Shown piece by piece: positions 52,951 to 64,000 of a stretch of DNA of 64,000 bases. The stretch's first letter is position 1. Each line of letters opens with the position of its first letter. The notes under the pieces are model-generated. The model was not told the origin of the DNA. It did not search any database and was given only the letters and a program-made list of their open reading frames with translations. The stretch is from Glaucostegus cemiculus. Its lineage: Eukaryota. Made by a program: the position numbers and the translations under genes. Where the stretch lies: contig CDPCPM010000016.1 of assembly GCA_976551045.1 (NCBI GenBank), positions 24,118,001 to 24,182,000 on the forward strand. The letters run 5' to 3'.

Positions 52951-53077
52951 TGTCATTATAAGATACTTCTCCATTTAAATGAAAAGGGGTTTGAATCTGA
53001 TTTAAATATTATTTCTTAAAGGAACCTACATCCTTTTCTTTAAAGAAAAATCCTAATTGTTAATATGTTTCATGCAG

Positions 53078-53243
53078 GGTTCAACAAATTCAGCTTTTGG
53101 GGCGAGACATGAAGGGACCTGCTCATGATAAGCTCTGGAACCAGCTAGAAGCGGAAATACATCTTCACAGACATAAAACTGTCATTCGGGCATGCCGAGG
53201 ACGCAATGACCCAAAACGACCACTGCCCATGCCACCTGGACAT
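53078..53243 (+). CDS. GOPC: GOPC exon 5
   Basis: tgcag|[45 protein letters not shown]...PPGH|gtacac; 166 nt. Confidence 0.95.
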
Positions 53244-54489
53244 GTACACAAAATTTCAAATTTCACTCTACTAACTAAAGATGATGTTTACTTGTGTATT
53301 AGTTTGCTTTAGTAAGAGCCTTCCAAATGGTGAAATTCTTCTTGAGCCTCAATAAGAGGTCCAAAGCTCAAGATTGAAACAGCTCTCTAGGTTGAAGTAT
53401 TACTTCAGTTCTTGATCTTGCATATGTCTCTAGAAGTGTTATCAAATTGTGCAATCATCCATCTATCAGCATACTTAATACTAATATTTAAAACATTTTA
53501 GTTGTCTGTTTTGTGCAAATGGTTTCTGCTTTTATGGTCACATTATAGCAAATAATGTGTATAACATCTTGACTTTTAGTTTGCCTATACTATTCATAGG
53601 ATTCTTGTGATATTTTACAGCTTTCATAAGACTCCACATGGCTACAAAAAACACAGAAATCTTAGCAGAAGATAATATATGTGCTCAATTTAGACTCGTG
53701 GCACATGTATAATGTTATTAAAACAGCTAATGCTGAAAGTTCTCAGAAATGAAAAACAATATTTCATATTGATGATCTTTCATCAAAAGTGGATAAAGAT
53801 AAATAGATTTTAAGATGCAGAGAAAGGAAGAGGATGTGAGAGAACAAAATGAAAGGTCTGTGATGACATTGATGATTGGCACGACCAAATGACACGCAAT
53901 GATACTGCATGATAAAAGAGAGTGGTGAGGAGATAATTGGAGAAACTGAAGAGTAGTCTTATGGAGGTGAAAATGGAAGAAGCAGATGACTTAATTTTAA
54001 TCTAATACATAATAGGCATTTAATGCACTCATTTCAAATTGACCATAATTTTACAACATAATAAAATCATACCACACGAGCACTTTCAACATAACTAGGA
54101 ATTTAACAATTACAATTTTAGGCTGTAAATCCAGACTTATACTCGTGACTATTCACCAGGAATTCGTACCATGGCCAGGAGGAAACTTTCATATCTCTGC
54201 GCATCATAGACTTAGTTAGATATAGACCAGGTGAATTTTGTAAGAAGTTTACCTCAATAAATAGTGCAGTATATAAATGATCTTTGTGATCCCTATCATT
54301 GCTAGAATATTTGAATAATTTGAGTTCTGAAAGTGGATAATGGTGTTATATCCTTTACTTTTTCATAAAAATCAAAGTGATCATTTTATGATGCCCTGTC
54401 AACATGTTAGATCTCAATTAATGTTTTTCATTGTTTGCAACAAAATTAGATTTGACAGGAACATGTGTTCTTAATGAAAACCAAAAAGA

Positions 54490-54627
54490 TTGCAGATGCT
54501 AGATATTAGAAATATAAACAGAAAATGCTGGAATCAATTCAAGCATTTGAGGCTGAAGACCCTTCATCAGAGTTCTGATGAAGTGCCTTCATTTTGAATC
54601 ATTAACTCTGTTTTACTTTCCACATTT
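54490..54627. mobile_element. Palindromic Penelope-derived-like element with decayed hammerhead-like cores
   Basis: tgcagatgct...acagaaaatgctggaa arm; central cttcatcaga-gt-tctgatgaag palindrome. Confidence 0.55.
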
Positions 54628-54832
54628 GTAATCTTAATGCTTAAACTTCCATCAGCTAACCATTAGTGAATTATGTACAAGTTGTTGCATGTCATATGTT
54701 AAGTAAGCATAGTAATGTTAGATTATTTTATAAACTGCACAATTTTATAAGATTTTATAGACAAACATCATGAGAATTTTTCATGCTTTTCACATTCAAA
54801 AATGATTTATCTTTTTCTCCTTCCTGAAACAG

Positions 54833-54928
54833 GATCCAGATATAATTAGGAAGACCCAAGGGGTTGGGCCAATTCGCAAAGTACTGTTGGTTAAAGAGGA
54901 TCATGAAGGACTTGGTATATCGATTACA
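54833..54928 (+). CDS. GOPC: GOPC exon 6 (PDZ start)
   Basis: [32 protein letters not shown]|gtgagt; 96 nt. Confidence 0.96.
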
Positions 54929-55002
54929 GTGAGTTTCCTTTAACATTTATTAATGCTATTTATCTGGGTATATCAGGTTGTAGTATCCATGTCAGTGGGT
55001 TG

Positions 55003-55036
55003 AATCTCTCAATCCATTGATGTGGATTGAGAGATT
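55003..55036. repeat. Perfect 14-bp inverted repeat with 6-nt loop
   Basis: aatctctcaatcca-ttgatg-tggattgagagatt. Confidence 0.93.
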
Positions 55037-56504
55037 TTTTTTCTGTTGACTCAAAACAGAAGCTTCATATTAGTATTAACTGCAAAGCATAATTTCATTT
55101 AATTTGAATGATGAGCAGCATATTCTTGATCTTTAACTTGTGTGAGTTGTAGCATATAATCTCTCAGAATTTATTTTACTGTTAATATATGTTTCAAACT
55201 CTTATAGAGTTGACCAGTATTAGTTGCTGCAAGATGTAATCTTAATTGCCGGTAACCTTTTGTCCAATTATCACCTATGTCCTCAAACCCTGGAAATCTA
55301 AGTTAGAGAATACAGGTAATTTGGTTTCTATTTTGCGAATAGCTGTTGTATCATGAGTTTCATTGGTTTGTGAAGGGCTATTCATGGAGCTGTTGATTTG
55401 TTGGTGGATAAATCTCATAGTTATCCTAAAATTTAGTATTCACAACCTCAGCTATGTCTAAGATAATGTTCGTTAAAAATTATGAGAGACTTATAATGTT
55501 CCATGATGTCCACAAAGTTAAAGAACCTAGACTTTCCTGTTCTATGATGATGACGTTGTAAACAATGCACCTTAGCTCTATATCTCACTAAACTTAAAAG
55601 CACCATTTCAGTGCTAGTTGATTCTTGTGAAAGATTTAAATGAAAAGATGTAAAAAACTATAGCAGAAAAATAATGCTTAGGCAACTTTCATTTTATTGG
55701 CAGCATTTGGGACAGTAATATTAGCAATTATAGCTATAATTTATGTCTATAGTCTATTGGAAGACATCTCATCACTTACATATGGAATGTGTATGTATCG
55801 AAGCAAGAAGCAAAATCAGAGACATCAGAGGCAAGTTTGAAGAGCAGTACATTGTAAGAACATTCAGGCAGAATGGCATTGAGGTTCAGGAGTTATAGAA
55901 TGGAATCCACAAATTCAAAGTGGCTGAATAGCCATGAGTGGCAAATTACATGAGATATGAAGAATAAATTAATTGTTATCTGAAAAATGATGTCCATAGG
56001 TATCCATATCTGTCGGGAACTGGTGAAGTAAGATAATCCTGAGTATATGCAGGGACTTATACAATATTGACTAGGTCAGTTTGGTTATAGGAAAGTTATG
56101 AAATGTGAAGATTGTTGGGCAGTGAAGAAGTTTTGCACTTCTAAATTCAAAGTAGCAATTTAGTAGATGAGTAAAATCTAGACTTGGAGTCCCAGTTCTA
56201 ATATTAGTCAAGAGCCAAAGGTGGTAGTGAAGAGTTAAATGAGTTTCCCTGGAGGAAATGTCACCTTGTCAGAACTTTATTCTGATCAGAAAATACCATA
56301 TGGATTGTCTGATTTCAGGTTTTTTCAAAATTATGAGTGCAGATTATATGATTATTGGAGATTAGGTAAATCACTGTTAGGCAAAAATTCTCTCTAAGCT
56401 GTGATGTAATATTTACAATAATATGTATGCATTGAGATTTGTGTATGTTAATAGAATTCCCATAACATTACTCAGTTTCCCCAAATGACTTACCCTTGAG
56501 GAAC

Positions 56505-57055
56505 AAAGAGTCACAGAGCCAAAAAGTGATAGTGTGTACAGCACAGAAACAGGTTGTTTGGTCCAGCATGCCAATCTTTTTGCCCAACTACACTGATCCC
56601 ATTTGCCCACATTAGGTCCATATCCTTATATGTCTTGTCTATTTAAGTATCGTCTAACGGACTCTTAAATATAGTGATAACATCTGACTCCATCACTGCC
56701 TTTGGCAACTGGTTCTGGATATCAATCACTCTCTGTGTAAAAAAAACTTCCCTTTCAGAATTCCTCTCTTCTTAAAGCTCTTCCCTCTTGTTTTGATACC
56801 CTTACCATGGGAAGGAGATCCCAATGATCTACCTGATCTCTGCCTCTTATAATTTTATACACCTCTATCAGGTCATCCCTCTCCTTCCTTTGCTCCAGGG
56901 AAAATAAATCCAGCCTCTCCAATCTCTCCCCCTAACTAAAGTCCTCCAATCCAGGCAACATCCTGGTGAATGTCCTCTGCACTCTCTATCACAACCACAT
57001 CCTTCCTAAATTGTGGTGACCAGAACTGTACGCAATACTCTGGGTGCGGTCTAAT
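56505..57055 (-). mobile_element. CR1 3' end
   Basis: gtgaccagaactgtacgcaatactc...caggcaacatcctggtgaa reverse CR1 motifs. Confidence 0.85.
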
Positions 57056-57278
57056 CTACAATCTAAGAGTTTCATAATATAATGCATGATAGTTTGAAGG
57101 GATACATTCTGGCAATAAAACTTCATTATGAAAGAGTTTTAAGACCCTTTAATAATGATCAGTTATAGGTATTTATAATTATGAACAAATTCCAAGACAC
57201 ATTTAAGTGTACAATGCTTAGACATTAACAATGTTTAGATGCTAAATAAATGTAACCACTTTCTGAATTGTAAAACAG

Positions 57279-57443
57279 GGTGGCAAGGAGCATGGAGTCC
57301 CAATTCTAATATCAGAAATCCACCCAGGCCAGCCTGCTGAGCGATGTGGCGGCCTTCATGTTGGAGATGCCATACTAGCTGTTAATGGAATAAATTTAAG
57401 AGATGCAAAGCACAAAGAAGCTGTTACAATCCTTTCCCAACAG
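57279..57443 (+). CDS. GOPC: GOPC exon 7 (PDZ core)
   Basis: [55 protein letters not shown]|gtaatt; 165 nt. Confidence 0.97.
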
Positions 57444-60400
57444 GTAATTGAACAGACCAATGTGGTATAGAGGTGTATGTATGATTGTAAAAGCAATGCT
57501 TATGAATGTAGAAGTTTTGAGCTTGAATTTACTGTCTCTGAAATGTTAATCTGGCTTTATTCTCCATAGTTTCAATATACATTATATTTAGAATATTTAT
57601 TCCAACTAAATCTTGTGCATGCTTTTTTATATTCCATGGGTGCTGAATGGTTTCTAAAAAGCCAGCCAATGCATAGATATGTCTTAACCTTGCACAATCT
57701 CATAATCCTGTTTAGCCAAACATATATTTCAGCTGAAGGTAATCTGTGCAAAAGCTGATCAATGGCAAGTAACATTTGTGCCACCAAAATGCTAGGTAAT
57801 AATCATCTCTAGCAAGAGAGGTTTTAATTATCCATCCTTGATGTTCAATGCCAAGTGCTCATACTGAGCGTCACTATTGTTGAGAAACTCAGCTGGACAT
57901 GACATATAAATACAAAAGTATACCTCAGAAGCTTAATATCCTGCAGTGAATAATTCACCTTTTTATACCACAACGTCTTTCCAGAAGATGCAAGAATGTG
58001 ATGGAATATTCTCCACTTTCCAGGATTTAGGTCCAGTGATGATTAAGCAATGGCAAGATATTTCCAAGTCAGGATGGTGTGTTACTTGATGGGAATCTGT
58101 GGGCACTTCTGGTCCCATGCATCTGCTGCCCTTATCCTTCTTGATGATAGAGGTTGTAGATTTTCAAGGTGATGTCAGTACAGCCTAGACATATAACTGC
58201 AGTGTATTTTGTAGGGAGCACGCACTGCAGTCATGGTGAAAGAGTAACAGAGAAAATGAAGGAATTTTCACTCCAATCAACGAGTTCTTTGTTCTGAATG
58301 GTGTCGAACTTCTTGAGCATTGTTGGAGCCACAAGCATCCAGACAAATGGAGAGTATTCCCTCATAATCCTGATCTGTCCCTACTTGAAGTTGGAAAGGT
58401 TTAGGGGGATGTCAGGAAATGAATCGATTGCTGCAGGATATCCACCATTTGATCTGCTCCTGTAACACATATTTATGTAGCTTCTCCAGTTGTGTTTCTG
58501 ATGTTGATGCCATTGAGTCTCAAAGGTAAATGATCAAGTTCTCTTTTGTTGGAGATGGTCATTGCCTGGAATTTTCTGATATAAATGTTACTGGCCACTT
58601 ATCAGCCCATGCATGAATGCTGAAAAGAGATTGTGGATAAAGGAGAGAGTGGGATACAAGGAGGAGGATTTGATGTGAGGAAATGATCACATTCTGTTGT
58701 TTCAATGCTGCAACTAGATATGGAGTCAGCACCAGCTACTTTAATGAAACCAAGTACATAGTTAAGTAATAGTATATAATAATGAAACTAAGTACATTGA
58801 TGCTCCCTGCCATTAAGCTGAATTGCAATTAAGTAATAATTTGTTCTGCTTGAGAACAGGAAGAATACATTTGAGCATATAGCAACATATTTAGATGGAA
58901 TGCCTGTTATGAATGGATTGCAGGCAAAGTTTATGTTTGGAGAGATGAAACTTCAGTCAAGTAGTTGATCAGTAGGTGAAATGGATTTATAATGTTAGGT
59001 ATGAATCCTGATTCATTAGACATTGTTTTGTAAGTGAGTGAGGGAATGAAGTACATTGAGCAGTGTTTAGTGTAGCTGGTGGGGTATGGTATTTGAAGAT
59101 ACATTCATAGACCATATCCATGCATAGGCAATCCTTGGGGCTCAATCCTTATAACTTCCTGCTTCCACTGCCTTTGTAGGATTTATCTCAAGGGTTTCCA
59201 GGCCCACTGTAGATAGATCTTGTACCTTTTCTCCAGCTCCTCCAACAAAGATCTCCAATGCATTTTTGGAAAATCTTAAACATTGATGCTTCCTTTCTTT
59301 GTTGTCTCACAGGCTACACCAACTTCTGTTGCCAAATGCACCTGCTTATTTTCGAAGTGCAGCTTGGCTTAACTTGTTCAGGTTATTTATGAGAGGTGCT
59401 GGTCATTCAATATTGTTATATTGTTGAAGAATGCAAACAAAAACAGCACTGGTATCACAGACTGTGCACAGAAAACCTGCAAATTAGTAGGCAGCACAAA
59501 ACTGACTGGTTAATTGCAAACTGTGATCCCTATTGCCTGTTTTTGGGACATCATATATAGCCCCTTCGTAATTATAAATGTGTAAAAACAAATTTATTAA
59601 ATGTGCTTGATACTTTTAAATACTTTAAAAGTTTACTCTTCAATTTTCTGAATGTAAAAAAAAGTTCTGTGGTTCCACATATTTCTGTAATTCAGCTTTT
59701 GTAAGAAATAGAAAGTTATAAAAATGTTATTTTTTGTTTAATTTTGGCTTCAGATATGTGTTTTAAAAGGAGAAATTAAATATTACCTTGTATTCATAGC
59801 AGAAAACAGGTCAATAAGCGTAAAATATATATCAGTGTTTATGCTCCAGATAAACATCCTCCACCTTCTTTCATCTAATTTCATCAACGTATCCTTCTAG
59901 TCCTTTATCTTCAGGAGAACAGCATCTCCTTAAATGCATTTACTTTATTTGCCTCAACTGCTGCTTGAGGTAGCAATGTCTACACTGTAACTATTCCATA
60001 GTTAAAGAAGTTTCACTTGCGATCCTCTTTTGATGTATCAGGGACCCTTATATTTGGGATGCCTAATCCTGCTCTCAACTGCAGGCGGAAACATTTTCTT
60101 TGCATCTATTCAATTGAACCTTTCAATAACCTTAAATTTCTATCAGTCCATCCTTCTTCTGTTCCCACAACCTATTAAGCCCTTTATTATGGGTATTAGC
60201 TCTCTGTTCTGATATCGTTCTAATGTATTTTCTCCAGTGTATCTAAATCCATATTAAGATGCCCGAAGATGCTATATATAGAAAAGACTAGCATGAATGC
60301 CGCAATTGTTCGTCATGCTCCATGTGGTCTAACCAATGATCTACACAAGTTTAACACAACTACTTCATTTTTCAGTCTTATCCCTCTTAAAATGAACTTT

Positions 60401-60800
60401 GGTATTTTGTTGCTTTCTTGAAATCTTATTAAATTATGTCACTATTTTTCTTGATTTACGATTCTCTGTTCATCCACCTCACTTGGAAACTATTTTTCGA
60501 GATATATGCGATATTTGTTGTTCCCAAAGAGATGTACTATTTCAGATTTATACATTAAAAATCATTGGTTAGCAAGTTAATTAAAAATGTAGGAGTGAAC
60601 ATACTCTGAAGCTCTTTCAGAAAATGGATATTTGTAATTTGGTCAGTGACTTGAAGCATAAACCCTACCTTTATCTTTCTGTAGATTGACTATTTCCAGC
60701 ATGTTAAGTTTTTATTTCAACATCAACAGTAATTTTGTTCTTTAATAATGCAGTATTCTTTAACAGGACTAAAACAAAGATAACTTTGTTTCTTTTTAAG

Positions 60801-60981
60801 AGAGGAGAAATTGAATTCGAGGTGGTATATGTTGCTCCAGAGATAGACTCTGATGATGAAAATGTGGATTATGAAGATGAGACTGGGCATCGTTATCGTT
60901 TGTATCTTGATGAGCTGGAGGAAAGCAGAAATGCGGCTGTCGGTAGAAATGATGGAAGTGGGGATGCCAAACCACTAGCAG
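60801..60981 (+). CDS. GOPC: GOPC exon 8
   Basis: tttttaag|RGEIEFEVVYVAPEIDSDDENVDYEDETGHRYRLYLDELE...G|gtaaaa; 181 nt. Terminal exon not recognised in the window. Confidence 0.95.
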
Positions 60982-61499
60982 GTAAAAATTTGAAAATGAA
61001 CTTGACTGTGCACCAAGTATGTGGCACTAAGATGCCTGAATGTGTTAGAAATGAAAAAAGACAAGCATGTATGTAGCACTTTACATCAGCCCAAGATACT
61101 TCAAAGCATTCTGCAACTTGTGCATTATAATCACTGTTGTAGAGAAATATGGCAAGCAATCTGTGCGTCATCAAACTATGATGTAATAAGAATTACATGG
61201 TTAGATGACAAATATATATTGACTAGGGAAATGGTGGAATCTTTCAATCTATTTTCAAATTGTTTCATATCCTACAAAGAAGATAAGCCCTAGCATCATC
61301 AGTTTAACTAAAAGATGGCACTTGCTCAGTGTTGACTCATGCAATTAGCTCCCGGAGATGGGACTTGAACCTGTGACTATCTCAGTTCAGGGTTGAGAAC
61401 ACTATGACTGAGTCAAACAAACTGCCATATATTCTGACCTGCTATGATGACCCTAGTTATCTTTGCATTCAAATATCTTTCCAATATTCTTCGTAAAAG

Positions 61500-63065
61500 C
61501 ATAAATAAATAGAAGCAGCAGTAGGCCATTTGGCCTATAAGATCTTTTACCTCAGTGTCATTTGCTTTCATTAGTTTTGCTTCTTTATTTTGAAACTGAC
61601 CCCTGATTTTAAACACCCAGCCAAAGGATCATCCCTGTATTTACCCTGTCAACCCTTGTAATACTTCTGTATGTTTATTGAGATTATCCCTCATTCTAAA
61701 CGCCAGAAATTATGGGTTAGGGCTGTTTAACCTCTCCTCATGTGACAAACCAGCCATTCTGGGTATAAAACCTGGTGAACCTTCACTGCATTCCATCAAT
61801 CGCAGGTACACCTTTTCTTAAGTAAGGAGAGATTGGATATTACACAACATTCCAGATGTGGTTTTACCAGGGCCCAATTTCATCGGAGCAAGATATTTCA
61901 ACTTGTTTACTCACATCATCTTGTGGGCAGCACGATAGCATAGCGGTTACCGCGACGCTGTTACAGCGCCAGCGATCGGGGTTCGATTCCCGTCGCTGTC
62001 TGTAAGGAGTTTGTACGTTCTCCCGTGTCTGCGTGGGTTTCCTCCGGGTGCTCCGGTTTCCTCCCACATTCTAAAAAAAAATAGACTTATGGGTAGGTTA
62101 ATTTGGGGGTTGAAAATGGGTGGCGTGGACTCGTTGGGCCGAAAGGGCTTGTTACCACGCTGTAAAATAAATTAAATTAAATTAGTAATAAAGGCCAACG
62201 TACCATTTGCCTTCCTGATTGCTTGATTCCTGATTGAGTGATCTGTATGTTAACCTTCAGTGATTCATATACAAGGACACCCCGTTCTCCAGAACAATAA
62301 CACTTTTAAGCTCTCGCTTTGTGTCTCTGTTTCTTCTAGTTCTGCCCTAATTCTGCCTACATTTTTCTTTATTTCCAGTTGCCATATCCTGAGCCATACT
62401 CTTAACCATTCTACATCTGACGGAAGCTTCTGTGGATCAGCCCACACCATTGCCTCCTAGTTTTGTTCCATCAGCAAATTTGGATATATTGCACTTGCAT
62501 CTCTTCAGTCAAATTGTTGATATAGATTGTGAACAGCTGGGATTCTTGTACCAATCCCTGCTGCTTGCTTTAGTCACAACCTTCTGACTGTAATCAGAAC
62601 TTGAGAAACATAAACTACTGCTCAGTCCATGCCCCCTTTACTCCCATTTCAGTGACTCTGATTTTGTTTGATGATCTCTGGTGTGGCACTAATGGAAGGC
62701 TTTCTAGCTTGCCTTTATCTATTCTGCTAGTTACGACCTTAAAAACTTCCAGCAGATTGGTCGAATATGCTTTTCATTCCATAAATCGCTACACTATAAT
62801 TGTTCTCTAAGAGTCTTGATACCACTTTGTTAAGAATAGATTATGGCATTTTTTGCTACAACCAGTGTCAGGTTAACTGGTGTATAGTTCCCTGTGTTCC
62901 TCTCTCTCTGTTGAATAGCATGGTTACATTTGCTACTTTCCAATATTTGAGAACTGTTTCAGAACCTATGGAATTTTGCAAGTTGACTATCAGCACATCC
63001 ACTATCTCCATAGCTACCTTCTTCGAAAGCCTTGGGTGCAGGTCATCGGGTCATGAGGAATTTCA
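61500..63065 (-). mobile_element. Degenerate CR1, interrupted by a young SINE
   Basis: agaagcagcagtaggccatttggcc tail; catcagcaaatttgg (KFAD) reverse motif. Confidence 0.7.
61925..62183 (+). mobile_element. Young V-SINE (HE1-like)
   Basis: CpG-intact tRNA head with B box ggttcgattcc, near-consensus V-domain, CR1-like tail gggccgaaagggcttgttacc, (aaatt)n end. Confidence 0.9.
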
Positions 63066-63819
63066 GTACCATTATTCCCTGTGATCACATGGGTTTCTTC
63101 CCACATCCCGAAGCTGAGTTGGTTTGTAGGTTAATTAGCCACTGTACATTGTGCCTTTTATGTGAGTCATACCATCTTGAGGGAGCTGATGGGAATATGG
63201 GGAGAATAAAATATGTTAGTGTAGCATTAGTGTAAATGAGTGCTTGATGGTTGGCAGGGACTGAAGGGCCTGTTTCTGTGCTGTATAACTCTATGATTTC
63301 ATAACTTCACAAGCCCTTTATGAATTCATCCTCTAAACACTGCTAACTTGGTTTGCCCAAGTTTAAATGTAGATTGAAGACTCCTTTGATTATTTTATTA
63401 CAGTTGTTACTTACACCTCTAATTTCATGATCTATATTCTACCCTGAATTACTGTTGTGGTTTGGGCTTTTGTATACAACGTCCAAACATCTTTTTTGCC
63501 CCATACTGTTTCCTAGCACAAACCAAACTGATTTGACTTGATTTTTCAAATGAAGACCCTTCCCCTCTATGACTTTCATCCCATTCATTAATATCAAGGT
63601 CACCCTGCCTACTCTTCCATTTTGCTTATCTTTTCTAAAATGAAATATCACAGAATATTTCATTTCCAACTTTTTTCTGTACATGATTATTAAATGTACT
63701 TACTTGTTTTTGTATGCACCCTTAATTCATTTACCTTGTTATGAATGCCGCACTCATGTAGTTATAAAGCCCTTAGTTTTGTTTTGCATTGTTTCCCTGC
63801 TCTGAAACTTTAAACGTTC

Positions 63820-63935
63820 CAGTGCTGCAGGAGCACCCACAAAAGGCTAAGCCCTCAGCCAGATTACTAGGAGAGCAGGGGTTCACGCCAAGTTCCTGGA
63901 CAACAGCGCTGTCAGTAACACAGCTCTATAGACAG
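63820..63935 (-). repeat. Third copy of the foldback element terminus
   Basis: Reverse complement tatagag...tactgacagcgctgttgtccaggaacttggc matches 43545-43584. Confidence 0.7.
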
Positions 63936-64000
63936 AAAGATGACCCCATTTAGTGCTGATTCCACTAGCACTGTCATTGCTGGGAATGCATCCTGGGCAT

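Noticed and set aside
60982-61076. Read-through of GOPC exon 8 as the true C-terminus
   Set aside because: A canonical phase-1 donor sits at 60981/60982; the extension is not GOPC-like and the last exon is probably beyond the window.

Overview
Vertebrate nuclear DNA, not prokaryotic. The repeat families (V-SINE/HE1, Deu-domain SINEs, CR1 with an esterase ORF1, Rex1/Babar, Penelope-like relics) suggest a cartilaginous fish, probably a ray; the species is inferred, not established. The window covers the conserved NUS1-NEPN-GOPC block. It holds NUS1 exon 1 (minus strand, CpG island), a complete intact three-exon nephrocan gene (minus, 516 aa), a single tRNA-Cys(GCA), and GOPC/PIST exons 1-8 (plus), including the 24-nt neuronal microexon; the last GOPC exon lies beyond the window. 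The rest is mostly nested retroelement debris, with a 162-nt N gap. Best oddities: a 5'-truncated L1 inserted in frame into a young CR1, giving a 748-aa chimeric ORF with a 15-bp TSD; a solo LTR with an exact 64-bp piece copied into the neighbouring CR1; a ~900-bp foldback element in GOPC intron 1; dispersed palindromic elements with decayed hammerhead-like cores; two perfect intronic hairpins. I see no convincing wholly new multi-gene system. Repeat boundaries are approximate unless a TSD is given.
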